Assembly: GCF_001194135.2 (NCBI RefSeq)
Contig: NC_068981.1
Location: 68,129,239-68,193,238 of the forward strand
Source of the DNA: Octopus bimaculoides
Taxonomy: Eukaryota
Reading direction: 5' to 3'
DNA length: 64,000 nt
Below the pieces are notes generated by a model. The model was not told the DNA's origin and made no database searches. It saw only the letters and a list, made by a program, of their open reading frames with translations. Of this stretch, positions 1 through 12,566 are shown one piece after another (the stretch's first letter is position 1; the number at the start of each line of letters is the position of its first letter). A program made the translations under genes and the position numbers.

Positions 1-289
1 AGATTTTATTTCAATCTGCATCTGCATTTTCACGATCGTAACACTGGGTTTCATACAACTAGGCATGGAAACGTATAGATTACAAGGTTGACTGTACCAA
101 TAACCATGCAAACATGTTCGAAAATCAACTATTCTACTCATTATTGCATTGGCAAATTACAGTACACTGGCATAAAATATATAATACGTTTAATACAGTA
201 TTACAAGAGTATACTGAAGATAAATACACACAATTATATAGTTTTACAGCTGTTTTGAACCTTGACTATTTATTTCTTAGTATGACTAT

Positions 290-373
290 GTATCCCCTTG
301 GGGAAGTGTTTTCAGATATAGCTCCGTGCCAGTCAAAATTTTTGAATGGATTTGGTAGACGAAAACTGAAAGA

Positions 374-426
<53 letters not shown>

Positions 427-645
427 TTTATAGTGCGCGTGTTAGTGTGTGTCCGGCCCTCCACCGCTTTGCAACCATTGTTTGTCTATTTACATCCTCG
501 TAACATAGTGGGTCGTCAAGAAAAACGGTCAGAATAATTACCAGAGGTTAGAAAATAAGAACTGAGAGTGATTTGTTCGACTAAGACACGTTCAGACTGC
601 CTTAGCATGGTTGCATTCCAATGACTGCAACAAGCAAAAGGAAAC
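290..645 (+). mobile_element. Degraded octopus-type SINE (CORE-like central motif, internal (TA)n/(CA)n)
   Basis: Matches other copies in the window (25430, 33100, 55325): CCTTGGGGAAGTG...TGGATTTGGTAGACGAAAACTGAAAGAA, then microsatellite, then 3' part ending AATGACTGCAACAAGCAAAAG. Confidence 0.65.
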
Positions 646-1853
646 ATTAGTTCTCATGGCAATATTAACTGCTAACTTGTTGAAATTATGATACCAACGT
701 CGTGTACTTTAAGTACATATGGAATTCATATTACCTATTGCTTCAGCAAATACTTAACGTCTTCCATAAACAGTACATACCAAAGGAAGCTTCTAAAAAT
801 AAGCAAGAATATCTCTTAGATTGTATTAAATTTTTAATTCAACAGAACTTCATATTTTCCATTTCAACGGTATATTCTAATTTGTCACTGTGTCAGGTGG
901 TAGTGTTATATAATTGTATAACTATGCTGTCTTGATGATGAAACTTTGCAAAACATCTTCAAAATCATATGCATAATTTGGGATAAACTGCAAAACGATT
1001 TATACCTACACAATACAAAATTGTATATGAAGTTTAAAATAAATTGCATCACTGTTTGCCTAAATCTACAGGTCCTGATATTCCTATTTTGCAAAGCACA
1101 TAAATATTTCTCACCTGCGGTTTGAATGGCAAACGGAATGTTTAGTTTGACCTAAAAGAATGTTTGTGAAATTGCTACACATATTTTCATTCAAGTATTA
1201 CAAACGAAAAGGTTCTTTCTTTAGATGAATTCAAATGCGGAGGACACATCCATGCTTGTATCTATGTAGTTCTTACCCAGGTTGCTAGAACACTGATGAA
1301 GTTTTTGGAATTATTCATTCACCTCTACAGCTGTTTCATTTGCTCATAGGAGTTACAAAATCGTACATGTAAGAAAAACAGGTGAGATATTTCCTATTAG
1401 GAATTCTTCAGACAGAGAATCAAATAATATTTTGTCAACTTACGCTTTGAGAACATTTGATTCTAACCTTACATACATGTATATATACGAACATACATAG
1501 ACACACGCTAAAACACACACATATAGATACACGCACACATTCACACAAACACACACGCGCACAAGCATGCACACACACACATAAATATGCGTTCACGTAT
1601 CTCTGTTTATGTCTTTGCATTTCACTCACTTGGATATAGTATCGAAAGATTTAAATGAAAGCCAGGAAAACGATAAACTAATACAGCTGACACAAAAACA
1701 TATTTTTGTTCAGTTGTCCCCGTCTTGCAGAGAAACTACAATATCGCATACCATACAGTAATGCATGGAGTCATGACTTGCGATCGGAAACATATAACTA
1801 ACAACGATATAGTACATAATACGTGATATAAATTGTGGCATCGATCACGCATA

Positions 1854-1926
<73 letters not shown>

Positions 1927-3114
1927 GAATACGGTATATATGCGGGCGTTTGCTTGTCAGTATTTTAATTTCAATAGTGAATGTATAAATTGCATACTAT
2001 TTTTTTTTGTTCTATTTGTTAATATTATCTCTAAAACTCATTTTCACTAAAATTCTGCGCACATGTAGATAACTCTCTTAAAAAAAATTGTTAATTGGTC
2101 TTTTATATTGAATAGCTTCCTTGTTTTTTGTTATCGAAATTAATATATAAAAATATCAATCACACTTGGGTAATATCAGCATTTGCAACGATCAGTATGT
2201 AATCACTGAAAGAACTTTATAAACATATGTAAAGAACTAAGAATACTTATTTAAGTATAATCCTTTGTTCATTCTTATCGTACTAAATTTTAAGGGAACC
2301 ATCTGTTTCATATGACAAATATACGAAAGAAAATCATCGATTATTTCAACAATAATAACAATGATGAATAAACATAAACGTGAACAACACATACACTTGT
2401 TCCGTTAACTTCAAACGAAATATTTTAAAAGAGGATAATATAGAACCAAATATATATTTACACACAAAAAATATATACTCGAGAATGAATGAATGTAGGC
2501 GTATGTATGTGTGCGTTCGTATTAGTAGAGGGGTCGTTTGCATCTGCGGGCCTGTATTATTTCTGTGTGTATCCGTCTGCGTACACAATATGTAGATTAT
2601 ATAAATATATATGTGTGTATGTGCGTATATGTAAGTGTGTGTGTGCGAGTTTGTGTGTATGCATATATGTATATATGTATTATCTGGATATACTTAGACA
2701 TAATAGAAATATTCGCTCCTGTCTATAAAGAGACACATATGCATATTATATATCTAAATATATTGCAAGCAATTCCAATTTAGGTAAAACGCCAGCATTT
2801 TAATCAGTTCGACCTACGTGGTACTATATTGTACGGGTCTGAGAGTGATAAGAGTTACAGTTCACTATGATTCGATATTTAACACGCCACTTAAGCACCC
2901 CCCCCCCNNNNNNNNNNNNNNNNNNNNNNNNNNNNNNNNNNNNNNNNNNNNNNNNNNNNNNNNNNNNNNNNNNNNNNNNNNNNNNCGCGATCACATACCG
3001 GGATAGGTGCGTATATATATGTACACCCCCATGTATATATATATATATATATATATATACCTGTGTCATCTATCTATCTATCTATCTATCTGTCTATATA
3101 TATATATATATAAG

Positions 3115-4701
3115 CTACAGACATAATTATCAAAGTCCCCTCACCTGATAACCTGAAACTAAGACCAATAATAGCAGGTCCAGCATGTGAAACCCACCGT
3201 CTCAGCAGCTTCTTGGAAATTCTACTGAAACCCTTCCTAAAACACATCAAGAGCTTTATAAGGGATGACCTGGACATGCTAAACCACCTCCCAAAAACGG
3301 TCAATGAAAAAACACTACGAGTATCCTTCAACGTAGTCAACCTATATTCAAACATCCCCCACACTTTAGGAAGAGAAGCTATCACTTTCTGGTTAGACAT
3401 TTACACATATGAACTCCCCTCTCGCATTTAAAAAAGAACTTATAATAGAAGGACTTAGATTTATTCTAAAAAAAATATTATTTTATATTTAACAGCGAAT
3501 ACTTCCAACAAAAATCGGGAACTGCAATGGGAACACGGACTGCGCCTATTTTTGCGAACCTAGTAATGGGCTATCTCGAGATTAACCTATACCAGAGAAC
3601 ACTCGAGAAATATGGAAGCTCCTTTTCCACATACATACAAAACAGCTGGAAAAGATATCTCGATGACTGTTTCATCCTCTGGAATGAAAGTATAGAAAAG
3701 CTCAACGAATTCCAAACACTTCTAAACGGAATAAACGAAAGCCTCCAGTTTACGATGGAATACAACAACCAACAACTACCGTTCTTAGATATCCTCATAA
3801 AGAAAGTCGGAAACAAGATAGAGACAGACATCTATTATAAACCCACTGACTTGAAACAGTACCTACCATTTGATTCTTGCCACCCGAGACACACCAGGAC
3901 CAATATCCCATTTTGTTTATCCAAAAGAATATGTACTATAGTATCAGATTCAGGCACCCGTTACATACGACTCCAGGAATTGAAATCGACACTCATAAAT
4001 AGAAACTATCCACAGCCCTTAATCGAAAATACGATCAAAAGAGTACTTCAATTAAATACACAAGAGCTTAGACAACCAAGACCCAAGAAGGAAGAAAAAT
4101 TAAAAACCCTGCCTTACATCTCCACACACAGCCCACACAACAGTGAGGCCTTCAACAACATACTCCACAGCACAGCTCTACTCAAGAAAGACCAAAAAAT
4201 GAACCAAATCCTCAAAACACATACAATCGTCAAAAGTAAGAGGCAACCAAAATCAATGAAAAAGATTACTCAACAATAACCACTAAACCTACAGTAAAAC
4301 AATGCGGAAGACCCAGCTGTGGGATTTGTGTCAACGTAATAGAAGGATCAGAACATCGATTAGAACAAGGTCATAATTTCACAGTAAAAACTAAATTTAC
4401 ATGTGCATCGGATAACTTGATCTACCTAATTACATGCTCTGGATGCAGACGGCAATATATTGGACACACTAAAAACAGCATACGTCAGAGGATGGCGGTA
4501 CACAAATCCCAAATTAGGATCTCAGAAAACAGGAAAATACCTCTCAGCCAGCACATCGACGAATGTGCTTACAACAAATTTCCCAAATTCACAACGTTTC
4601 CTCTATACAAATTCAACGACAATGCTAGCCAAAATGAACGCATTAGCAAAGAAATATTTTTTATAAGAAAATACCGACCAAGTCTAAATTCTCTAAACTA
4701 G
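3115..4701 (+). mobile_element. Penelope-like retroelement (PLE), 5'-truncated, RT + GIY-YIG endonuclease, two frameshifts
   Basis: Three consecutive frames: LRPIIAGP...SFNVVNLYSNIPH (3115-3431); GTAMGTRTAPIFANLVMG...WKRYLDDCFILW...LPFLDI...DIYYKPTD...SCHPRH (3527-4279); Cys linker CGRPSCGIC then NLIYLITCSGCRRQYIGHT...RMAVHKS (GIY-YIG) to stop at 4701. Frameshifts near 3430-3480 and 4270. 3' flank falls in a gap. Confidence 0.95.
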
Positions 4702-6019
4702 CAACACTGAAACTTTCATATATATTTGAATATTTTTATACGAATATTTGCAAGTTATTCATAAGNNNNNNNNNNNNNNNNNNNNNNNNNNNNNNNNNNN
4801 NNNNNNNNNNNNNNNNNNNNNNNNNNNNNNNNNNNNNNNNNNNNNNNNNNNNNNNNNNNNNNNNNNNNNNNNNNNNNNNNNNNNNNNNNNNNNNNNNNNN
4901 NNNNNNNNNNNNNNNNNNNNNNNNNNNNNNNNNNNNNNNNNNNNNNNNNNNNNNNNNNNNNNNNNNNNNNNNNNNNNNNNNNNNNNNNNNNNNNNNNNNN
5001 NNNNNNNNNNNNNNNNNNNNNNNNNNNNNNNNNNNNNNNNNNNNNNNNNNNNNNNNNNNNNNNNNNNNNNNNNNNNNNNNNNNNNNNNNNNNNNNNNNNN
5101 NNNNNNNNNNNNNNNNNNNNNNNNNNNNNNNNNNNNNNNNNNNNNNNNNNNNNNNNNNNNNNNNNNNNNNNNNNNNNNNNNNNNNNNNNNNNNNNNNNNN
5201 NNNNNNNNNNNNNNNNNNNNNNNNNNNNNNNNNNNNNNNNNNNNNNNNNNNNNNNNNNNNNNNNNNNNNNNNNNNNNNNNNNNNNNNNNNNNNNNNNNNN
5301 NNNNNNNNNNNNNNNNNNNNNNNNNNNNNNNNNNNNNNNNNNNNNNNNNNNNNNNNNNNNNNNNNNNNNNNNNNNNNNNNNNNNNNNNNNNNNNNNNNNN
5401 NNNNNNNNNNNNNNNNNNNNNNNNNNNNNNNNNNNNNNNNNNNNNNNNNNNNNNNNNNNNNNNNNNNNNNNNNNNNNNNNNNNNNNNNNNNNNNNNNNNN
5501 NNNNNNNNNNNNNNNNNNNNTATATATATACATATATATACACACACAAACAGACACACACACATATATTTACATGCAGCTAAATATACGTCCGGTTATA
5601 GAGTGACGAATGATTTCGTATCCATAAAGAACTTAACTTTATAGATGACGCGTATGACTCTTATGGTGGTGGGCATGTAATATATCTTGTAACTAGATGT
5701 TGGAAACCGTTACTGTCAGTTAATTTGTAAATAAAGGAGTATATACGCTGTTTAAGCTTTAAACAGGCCATGTCGGAATGACAAGCCAGATGGACATAAA
5801 ATGTGCTAAAGGGAATCTCTGCCCTTAGGCTCTCTCCAGTCTACAACAACTTTTTAAGGTTCCGAAAAGACGTTACACACGTATATGCACAAATTTTCAG
5901 TTGCTGCGGTTAAAACACCTATAAAGAACATACAATTTAGTTTTCGAAGCTATATCAGCAAAAAAAAAATGCTACACATGAAATTTAATAAAAATGATAA
6001 TAATAATAATAATAATAAT

Positions 6020-6235
6020 AATTCTTTCTACTATAGGCACAAGGTCTGCAATGTGGAGGAGGGGACAAGTCGATTACATCAACCCCAGTGCGAAATTGGT
6101 ATTTAATCGACCTCGAAAGGATGAAACGCAAAGCCAACCTTGGCAGAATTTGAACTCAGAACGTTTCGACAGATCATTGACCGCGAAATATTTCTTCCAG
6201 CGAGCTAACGATTCTGCTAGCTGACCGCCTTAATA
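6020..6235 (-). mobile_element. tRNA-related SINE, family A
   Basis: Minus strand reads GGCGGTCAGCTAGCAGAATCGTTAGC...GTTCTGAGTTCAAATTCTGCC (B-box-like)...TTTCATCCTTTCGAGGTCGATTAAATACC, with (ATT)n tail. Many copies in the window. Confidence 0.8.
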
Positions 6236-6241
6236 ATAATT

Positions 6242-6400
6242 CTTCGTACTATAGGCACATGACCTGAAAGTTTGCGGAGGGACTAGACGATCACATTGAT
6301 ACCAGTGTGCAACTGGTACTTATTGCCTCGACCGCGAAAGGATGAAAGGCAAATTCGAACTCGGCGAAATTTGAATTTATAACGATGGTGCCAGATCGCC
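6242..6400 (-). mobile_element. SINE family A, second tandem copy (degraded head)
   Basis: Same tail (ACTATAGGCAC) and central GGTACTT...CGAAAGGATGAAAGGC...GGCGAAATTTGAA as the copy at 6020. Confidence 0.7.
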
Positions 6401-6717
6401 GCGTGAATAATTTTAATAGTATGACGTTTGTGGGTAACGAAGATAGTAGACGTGACACGAACAATAATTGGCGCCCTTGGAAGTATCGCTCAGCTAACAA
6501 TGTAGCTCAAAATTATTAGTAATAATGGAAAGTTAGAACAGCTACAAAAATCGTTGTTACTTGGAAGATCAAGTTTTGTTCGCAGGGTTCTTGAATAATT
6601 ATCAGTAAATAAGTTTCATCTTTGTCTGATGGCTGTGGACAGCTAAAACTTTCCATAATAACTAGCTAAATAAGCTGAGAAATTTAGAGATTTCATCAAA
6701 TGATAATGATGATAATA

Positions 6718-6755
<38 letters not shown>

Positions 6756-6759
<4 letters not shown>

Positions 6760-7950
6760 AAAAACAGAGCTCAATGCTAAAAACAAGATAATGGGTATCA
6801 ACACTTTAGCTGTCCCAGTTATAAGCTACAGCTACAACATCCTTAACTGGACACTAAACGAACTATGTAAAATAGACAGGAAAACAAGAAAAATAATGAC
6901 AGGATATAGGATGCACCNNNNNNNNNNNNNNNNNNNNNNNNNNNNNNNNNNNNNNNNNNNNNNNNNNNNNNNNNNNNNNNNNNNNNNNNNNNNNNNNNNN
7001 NNNNNNNNNNNNNNNNNNNNNNNNNNNNNNNNNNNNNNNNNNNNNNNNNNNNNNNNNNNNNNNNNNNNNNNNNNNNNNNNNNNNNNNNNNNNNNNNNNNN
7101 NNNNNNNNNNNNNNNNNNNNNNNNNNNNNNNNNNNNNNNNNNNNNNNNNNNNNNNNNNNNNNNNNNNNNNNNNNNNNNNNNNNNNNNNNNNNNNNNNNNN
7201 NNNNNNNNNNNNNNNNNNNNNNNNNNNNNNNNNNNNNNNNNNNNNNNNNNNNNNNNNNNNNNNNNNNNNNNNNNNNNNNNNNNNNNNNNNNNNNNNNNNN
7301 NNNNNNNNNNNNNNNNNNNNNNNNNNNNNNNNNNNNNNNNNNNNNNNNNNNNNNNNNNNNNNNNNNNNNNNNNNNNNNNNNNNNNNNNNNNNNNNNNNNN
7401 NNNNNNNNNNNNNNNNNNNNNNNNNNNNNNNNNNNNNNNNNNNNNNNNNNNNNNNNNNNNNNNNNNNNNNNNNNNNNNNNNNNNNNNNNNNNNNNNNNNN
7501 NNNNNNNNNNNNNNNNNNNNNNNNNNNNNNNNNNNNNNNNNNNNNNNNNNNNNNNNNNNNNNNNNNNNNNNNNNNNNNNNNNNNNNNNNNNNNNNNNNNN
7601 NNNNNNNNNNNNNNNNNNNNNNNNNNNNNNNNNNNNNNNNNNNNNNNNNNNNNNNNNNNNNNNNNNNNNNNNNNNNNNNNNNNNNNNNNNNNNNNNNNNN
7701 NNNNNNNNNNNNNNNNNNNNNNNNNNNNNNNNNNNNNNNNNNNNNNNNNNNNNNNNNNNNNNNNNNNNNNNNNNNNNNNNNNNNNNNNNNNNNNNNNNNN
7801 NNNNNNNNNNNNNNNNNNNNNNNNNNNNNNNNNNNNNNNNNNNNNNNNNNNNNNNNNNCTACATGAACTTCTAACTTGTTGTCTCTTGAGGTCTCTGGGT
7901 GAGACTTGGATCCAACTTGTACAAATGCAAAACAAAAGTCAAACATAAAA
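6756..7950 (+). mobile_element. R4/Dong-clade non-LTR retrotransposon, 5'-truncated, middle in N gap
   Basis: Starts right after (TAA)n. Encodes LKTELNAKNKIMGINTLAVPVISYSYNILNWT...IDRKTRKIMTGYRMH, paralogous to 8300-8465. After the gap, a 3' UTR similar to 53680-53748 ends in (TAA)n. Continuity across the gap is assumed. Confidence 0.75.
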
Positions 7951-7966
7951 TGATAATAATAATAAT

Positions 7967-9297
7967 GTTACGGCAAGAACAATCAGCCACCCTTTACATA
8001 TGTTTGACCTAAAACTATACGCTACAAATGATAAACAGCTGGAAACACTACTACACACAATACATGGATTTTTCAAAGAAATACATATGAAATTTGGATT
8101 AGAAAAATGTGGCAAAGCAACCCCGAAAAGAGGAAAACTTATTAAGAGTAGCAACATTACACTAGATAAAGCCAATGAAATAAGAGAATTAGACCAAAGC
8201 CAGACATACAAATATTTAGGAATCAATGAACTAGATAGGATACAACACACACAAATGAAAGAGAAAATAAAGAAAGAATACTATAGAGGAGTTAGTTCAA
8301 TACTGAAAAGAGAGTTCAGTGCTAAAAACAAGATAATAGGCATTAACACTTTAGCCGTCCCAGTTATAAGTTAAAGCTACAATATCCTTAACTGGACACT
8401 AAAATAACTAACGAAAATAGACAGGAAAACAAGAAAAATAATGATAGGATCTAGGATGCACCACCTAAAATCTGACATAGAAAGGCTATATATACAAAGT
8501 ACAGATGGTGGTAGAGGCCTTATGCAGCTGGAAAACTTTTATAAAATAACCACCATAGGACTGCAAAACTACCTACTTTAGAAGCATGGAAAACTAATAC
8601 AAATAGCAACAAAACACGAGCAAAACAAAAAAAACTGTTTTCAGTATATCAGGAAGTAGACAAATACACACAGGAAAGCATACTACCTAATAAAGAAGAA
8701 GAAGAAGAAGAAGAAGAAGAAGAAGAAGAAGAAGAAGAAGAAGAAGAAGAAGAAGAAGAAGAAGAAGAAGAAGAAGAAGAAACAACAAAGGCTATAAAAC
8801 AAATGAAATCCAAACTAAAACTAAAACAGCAACGGACCATGATAAAACGATAGCAAGAAAAAACACCTTCATGGCAAATACTGGGCTAAACTAAATGCAA
8901 AAGAAATAGACAGAGAAAAATCCCAGCAATGGTTGAGAAGCTCATGACTCAAATCAGAGACTGAAGGATTTTTAATTGCTGCACAAGACCAAAGCCAACA
9001 CAGTAGAAAATACCAAAAAAACATATAAGGAAAAGTAACATAAGTAACTGCAGAATATGTGGCGATGGACAAGAAAGAAAGAAAAAAAACATATTACCTC
9101 AGGCTGCTCAAGCCTGGCTTAGAAGGAATATATTCACAGACACGACAGAGCTGTGTGGCCTACATACACTGGAAGCTATGCCAACACTATGGAATAACAA
9201 GAGAAAATGATGGTATAGGCTCACGCCAGAAATGGTCACAGAAAACGAGCAAGCAACCATACTCTGGGATATACCAATACACACAGATAGAGAAAAT
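7967..9297 (+). mobile_element. R4/Dong-clade non-LTR retrotransposon fragment (RT C-terminus, thumb, CCHC knuckle, start of RLE)
   Basis: (MF)DLKLYA...MKFGLEKC...YKYLGI...INTLAVPVIS; HPKS-like DIERLY...GGRGL; ETEGFLIAAQDQ; CRICG/KKEYIHRH/YIHWKLCQHYG; TILWDIPIHTDREI. Several stops and frameshifts. Begins directly after (TAA)n. Confidence 0.9.
8695..8781 (+). repeat. (GAA)29 microsatellite, in frame inside the R4/Dong ORF
   Basis: Counted 29 GAA units between LPNK and TTKAIKQMK. Confidence 0.95.
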
Positions 9298-9404
9298 AGT
9301 GTTATTATGTACATTATTTTGTCTTGGTATAATAGATGGGCTCCAACAAATATCCTCCTCAATACCACAGAATTGCTTGTTAGTTGTTTGACCATAACCA
9401 GTTG

Positions 9405-9770
9405 AACGTGAACGATATTCGAAGTAGACCTTACAGTGGTTTCAGCATGATGGAACAATTCTAAAACCGCAAGAGAAACAATGCAGTTTTTCTGAGAGAA
9501 AATAATCTCCTACACGGTAATTTCAACTGGCCTTCCGTTTTCTATACCTGACTAGCCCAGATATTTTCTTGTGGGGATACCTGAAATAGAGTGTTGATGT
9601 CAGCAAACCGGAGACTTTAGGGCAACTGATGAGAATATCAATAAATAAAGGAGAACAGGTGGGTCTGAACCTCTTGAGGGTGTTATGGTGCACGTTTTGG
9701 AAAGAGCAAGGGCGTGCGAAGCCAAAAATTGGTGCCATCTAAGCGATGTCATTTTTGATATGTGATGTAG
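9405..9770 (+). mobile_element. Tc1/mariner-superfamily transposase C-terminal remnant
   Basis: WFQHDG...RETMQF...NWP-(SR)-PDLTSPDIFLWGYLK...KPETLGQL...VLERARACEA...HLSDVIF, read across frameshifts. Typical DDD/E domain end. Confidence 0.8.
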
Positions 9771-12484
9771 TGCTGTTGCAAACTCTGACTGCTGCATAAT
9801 TTCCATTATGTCCTTTATAATGCATCAACATTTCATGAATCTATTTGTAAAGTTAAGGATTTATTAAAATTTGAAACCCAACAGTGACTTTTGGGACACC
9901 CAATATGTATATATATATATATATGGATATATATATATATGTGTGTGTATATATNNNNNNNNNNNNNNNNNNNNNNNNNNNNNNNNNNNNNNNNNNNNNN
10001 NNNNNNNNNNNNNNNNNNNNNNNNNNNNNNNNNNNNNNNNNNNNNNNNNNNNNNNNNNNNNNNNNNNNNNNNNNNNNNNNNNNNNNNNNNNNNNNNNNNN
10101 NNNNNNNNNNNNNNNNNNNNNNNNNNNNNNNNNNNNNNNNNNNNNNNNNNNNNNNNNNNNNNNNNNNNNNNNNNNNNNNNNNNNNNNNNNNNNNNNNNNN
10201 NNNNNNNNNNNNNNNNNNNNNNNNNNNNNNNNNNNNNNNNNNNNNNNNNNNNNNNNNNNNNNNNNNNNNNNNNNNNNNNNNNNNNNNNNNNNNNNNNNNN
10301 NTATATATATATATATATATATGAGTGTTAGAAGACAGAATTAGAGAATCATGCGGCTGTCACAACAAGCTCATCCTACGGACTGCGCTATCTGTCCACG
10401 TATTTATGAATTAATAAATTAGTACAATGTAAGCTTTCATGTAACAAAAAAATAAAAGAAAAACATCGAGAACATTCGGTGGATGCAGATACTCCGTGAG
10501 ATGTATATAAAATCATAAAACTTGTAGGTATGAGAGGTGAATATAATTCTATTTAGTTACGTGACTCCAATGAACGTTTTGCAACATTCTTCATACATTA
10601 TTAACTTCAGTTCACAACAAACTATGTATACGTGTTTACATTAATATGTCTGCTCAGCATTACAGTATACATTTTTTTATCTACAAATTACTGCCCAGCA
10701 ATAGTGGTAGCTCATTTGACCACCATACCATCAAGCTTACATCAGCAATTCAACTGTAAACACAGAGACACAATTCATGTCTTATATGTACAATGTACAA
10801 AAGGTCGAAAAAAGGTCGAAAATATTACAAGGATTGTGTCGTTATAAAGGAAATCTCAGGAAAATGATATACTGTGGTTCTATTAAAGAAAGCATATTCT
10901 TCACATATGATACCAATTATGATAATGTGCTAATAATTGTGTGCATATAAAAAACACAAAATATCAGAAGATATTAAATGTGAGTATATCTATTAACTAC
11001 ATATAAGGATTACAGCTGGATTGTATGTGGTAACTACGCGGTCCAATGAATCCACATATTCCAATACAATTATACAAATATATATCTACTTATATCCACT
11101 CTCTCACACACACACACACATACAAACACACACACACACACACAAAAAAACAAACACACACGTATTATACACACACATACACAAACATGCACAAACACAT
11201 AGGTTTGAGCGCGCATGTGCATGCACAAGCTATAACATTCAAATTTATCAGTAGAAAAAATGTAAAGGTTAGCGGAGGGCGCTATAATTCGTCTGTCAAT
11301 TACAAATCAATGTAATACGTGGGTTCATGTGACTAAAAATCCATAGTTTAGCTTGTAGAGTTTAATTTCCTATTCTCTAACTAGTAACACAGTTTGTAGA
11401 GACCTTTTGTGTATTCTATTAGGGCTTGAGTTTCTGTTTATTAATGTTTTGTAGCGAAATAGCATACACAAATAACATCATGCAAAAACACCTGGTATGA
11501 TATTTTAAGCAAGGAGTGAAGATTGCTCACTGGTGATAACAACGTTATATATATAACCTTGTGAGAAATATAGATGTACATTTCCTTCATCCGAAACAAC
11601 TCTGTCTCAAAAATATACCAATAACTTGCTGAATGTGAAGCAATGGTAATTTTTATTTCGAACTTTCGATAAATATAGAATTAACTAAAGACACGCAAAA
11701 ATTGCATATATCCCACGTTGATACTAGATATCTAAATTTTTCATTCACAGCGGTAAACAAACGAAATGGATATTCTTAAACAAAAGAAAACGAAAGAAGC
11801 GATGTAAGTGGAATTGTGTAGCTGCTATAAGGTGAGGAACATGCAGGGAAAGTAGGAAGTCAGTAAATATATTTATAAACTAGCTATAGACACAAAGAAA
11901 AATACAAATAAGAGTCTAATCACTGGAGAAAAACAGGATAAATCTACCAAGGAACGTAAAAACATATATGAAAAAAACATTTGTCAAAAGGAGGGTAGAA
12001 AGCAATAACTATGCAAGTTTTCTGTAATCTCTCAGAATACTAGAAACAAAAGCCAATTCTCAGGCAGACCTCAATAATATTCTATAAACTGATGAGCATA
12101 TGCAACAACATTGATCTAGTTTTGTCTCAAAAGATCTGACCGTTACTGCTAAAACATCTCGGGTCAATTATGTATTAGACCATAGTAGATGTATTGGAGA
12201 AGGATAACATTAGCATCAACAGCTGTAGAATGACTGCCTGCGCCATTAACAAAACCACCATCGCCCCTCTCCTTCGACTACCAATAACAATAACAACAAT
12301 AATAAAATTTTAAAAACATGAAAAGTAGAGAAATTATTCTGATAATGTTCAACGATTTGACTTCGCCATCGCTAAATAATTGCAGTAATATGATCTGCAA
12401 GGTCACAGAAAAATACGAGACACCTTTCGAAATAAAAACAGAATGCACACTCTTGTAATTGGAAGAATATATTCAGAAAGTTGT

Positions 12485-12566
12485 TCTACTCTATTGAAGC
12501 AGCTACAGCTGGTGTCCAGGTTACATATGGAACTTGGACACCAGCAGTAGCTGCTTAAATATTAGA
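12485..12566. ncRNA. Candidate pri-miRNA-like hairpin (strand unresolved, minus slightly favoured)
   Basis: Arms 12497-12522 and 12531-12556: 24 Watson-Crick pairs, 1 G-U, 1 mismatch, 8-nt loop, plus an imperfect basal stem. No expression evidence. Confidence 0.45.

Noticed and set aside
1109-1150. Other minus-strand AG|GT fusions: CGCAG|GTGAGA at 1115/1114 and TACAG|GTAATA at 25376/25375
   Set aside because: Weak polypyrimidine tract or weak donor. Worth rechecking only if the 63780 site is validated.
4736-5644. Long ORFs in the track (also 6791-7948, 26193-27613, 27705-28667, 42703-43539, 58195-58859)
   Set aside because: They run through N gaps and dinucleotide repeats (YIYI, CVCV, THTH, LSLS) and are artefacts.
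12500-12513. 13-nt match of the hairpin arm (minus ACCAGCUGUAGCU) to the recalled end of pre-miR-133
   Set aside because: The miR-133 seed region (UUGGUCCCC) is absent, so it is not called miR-133.
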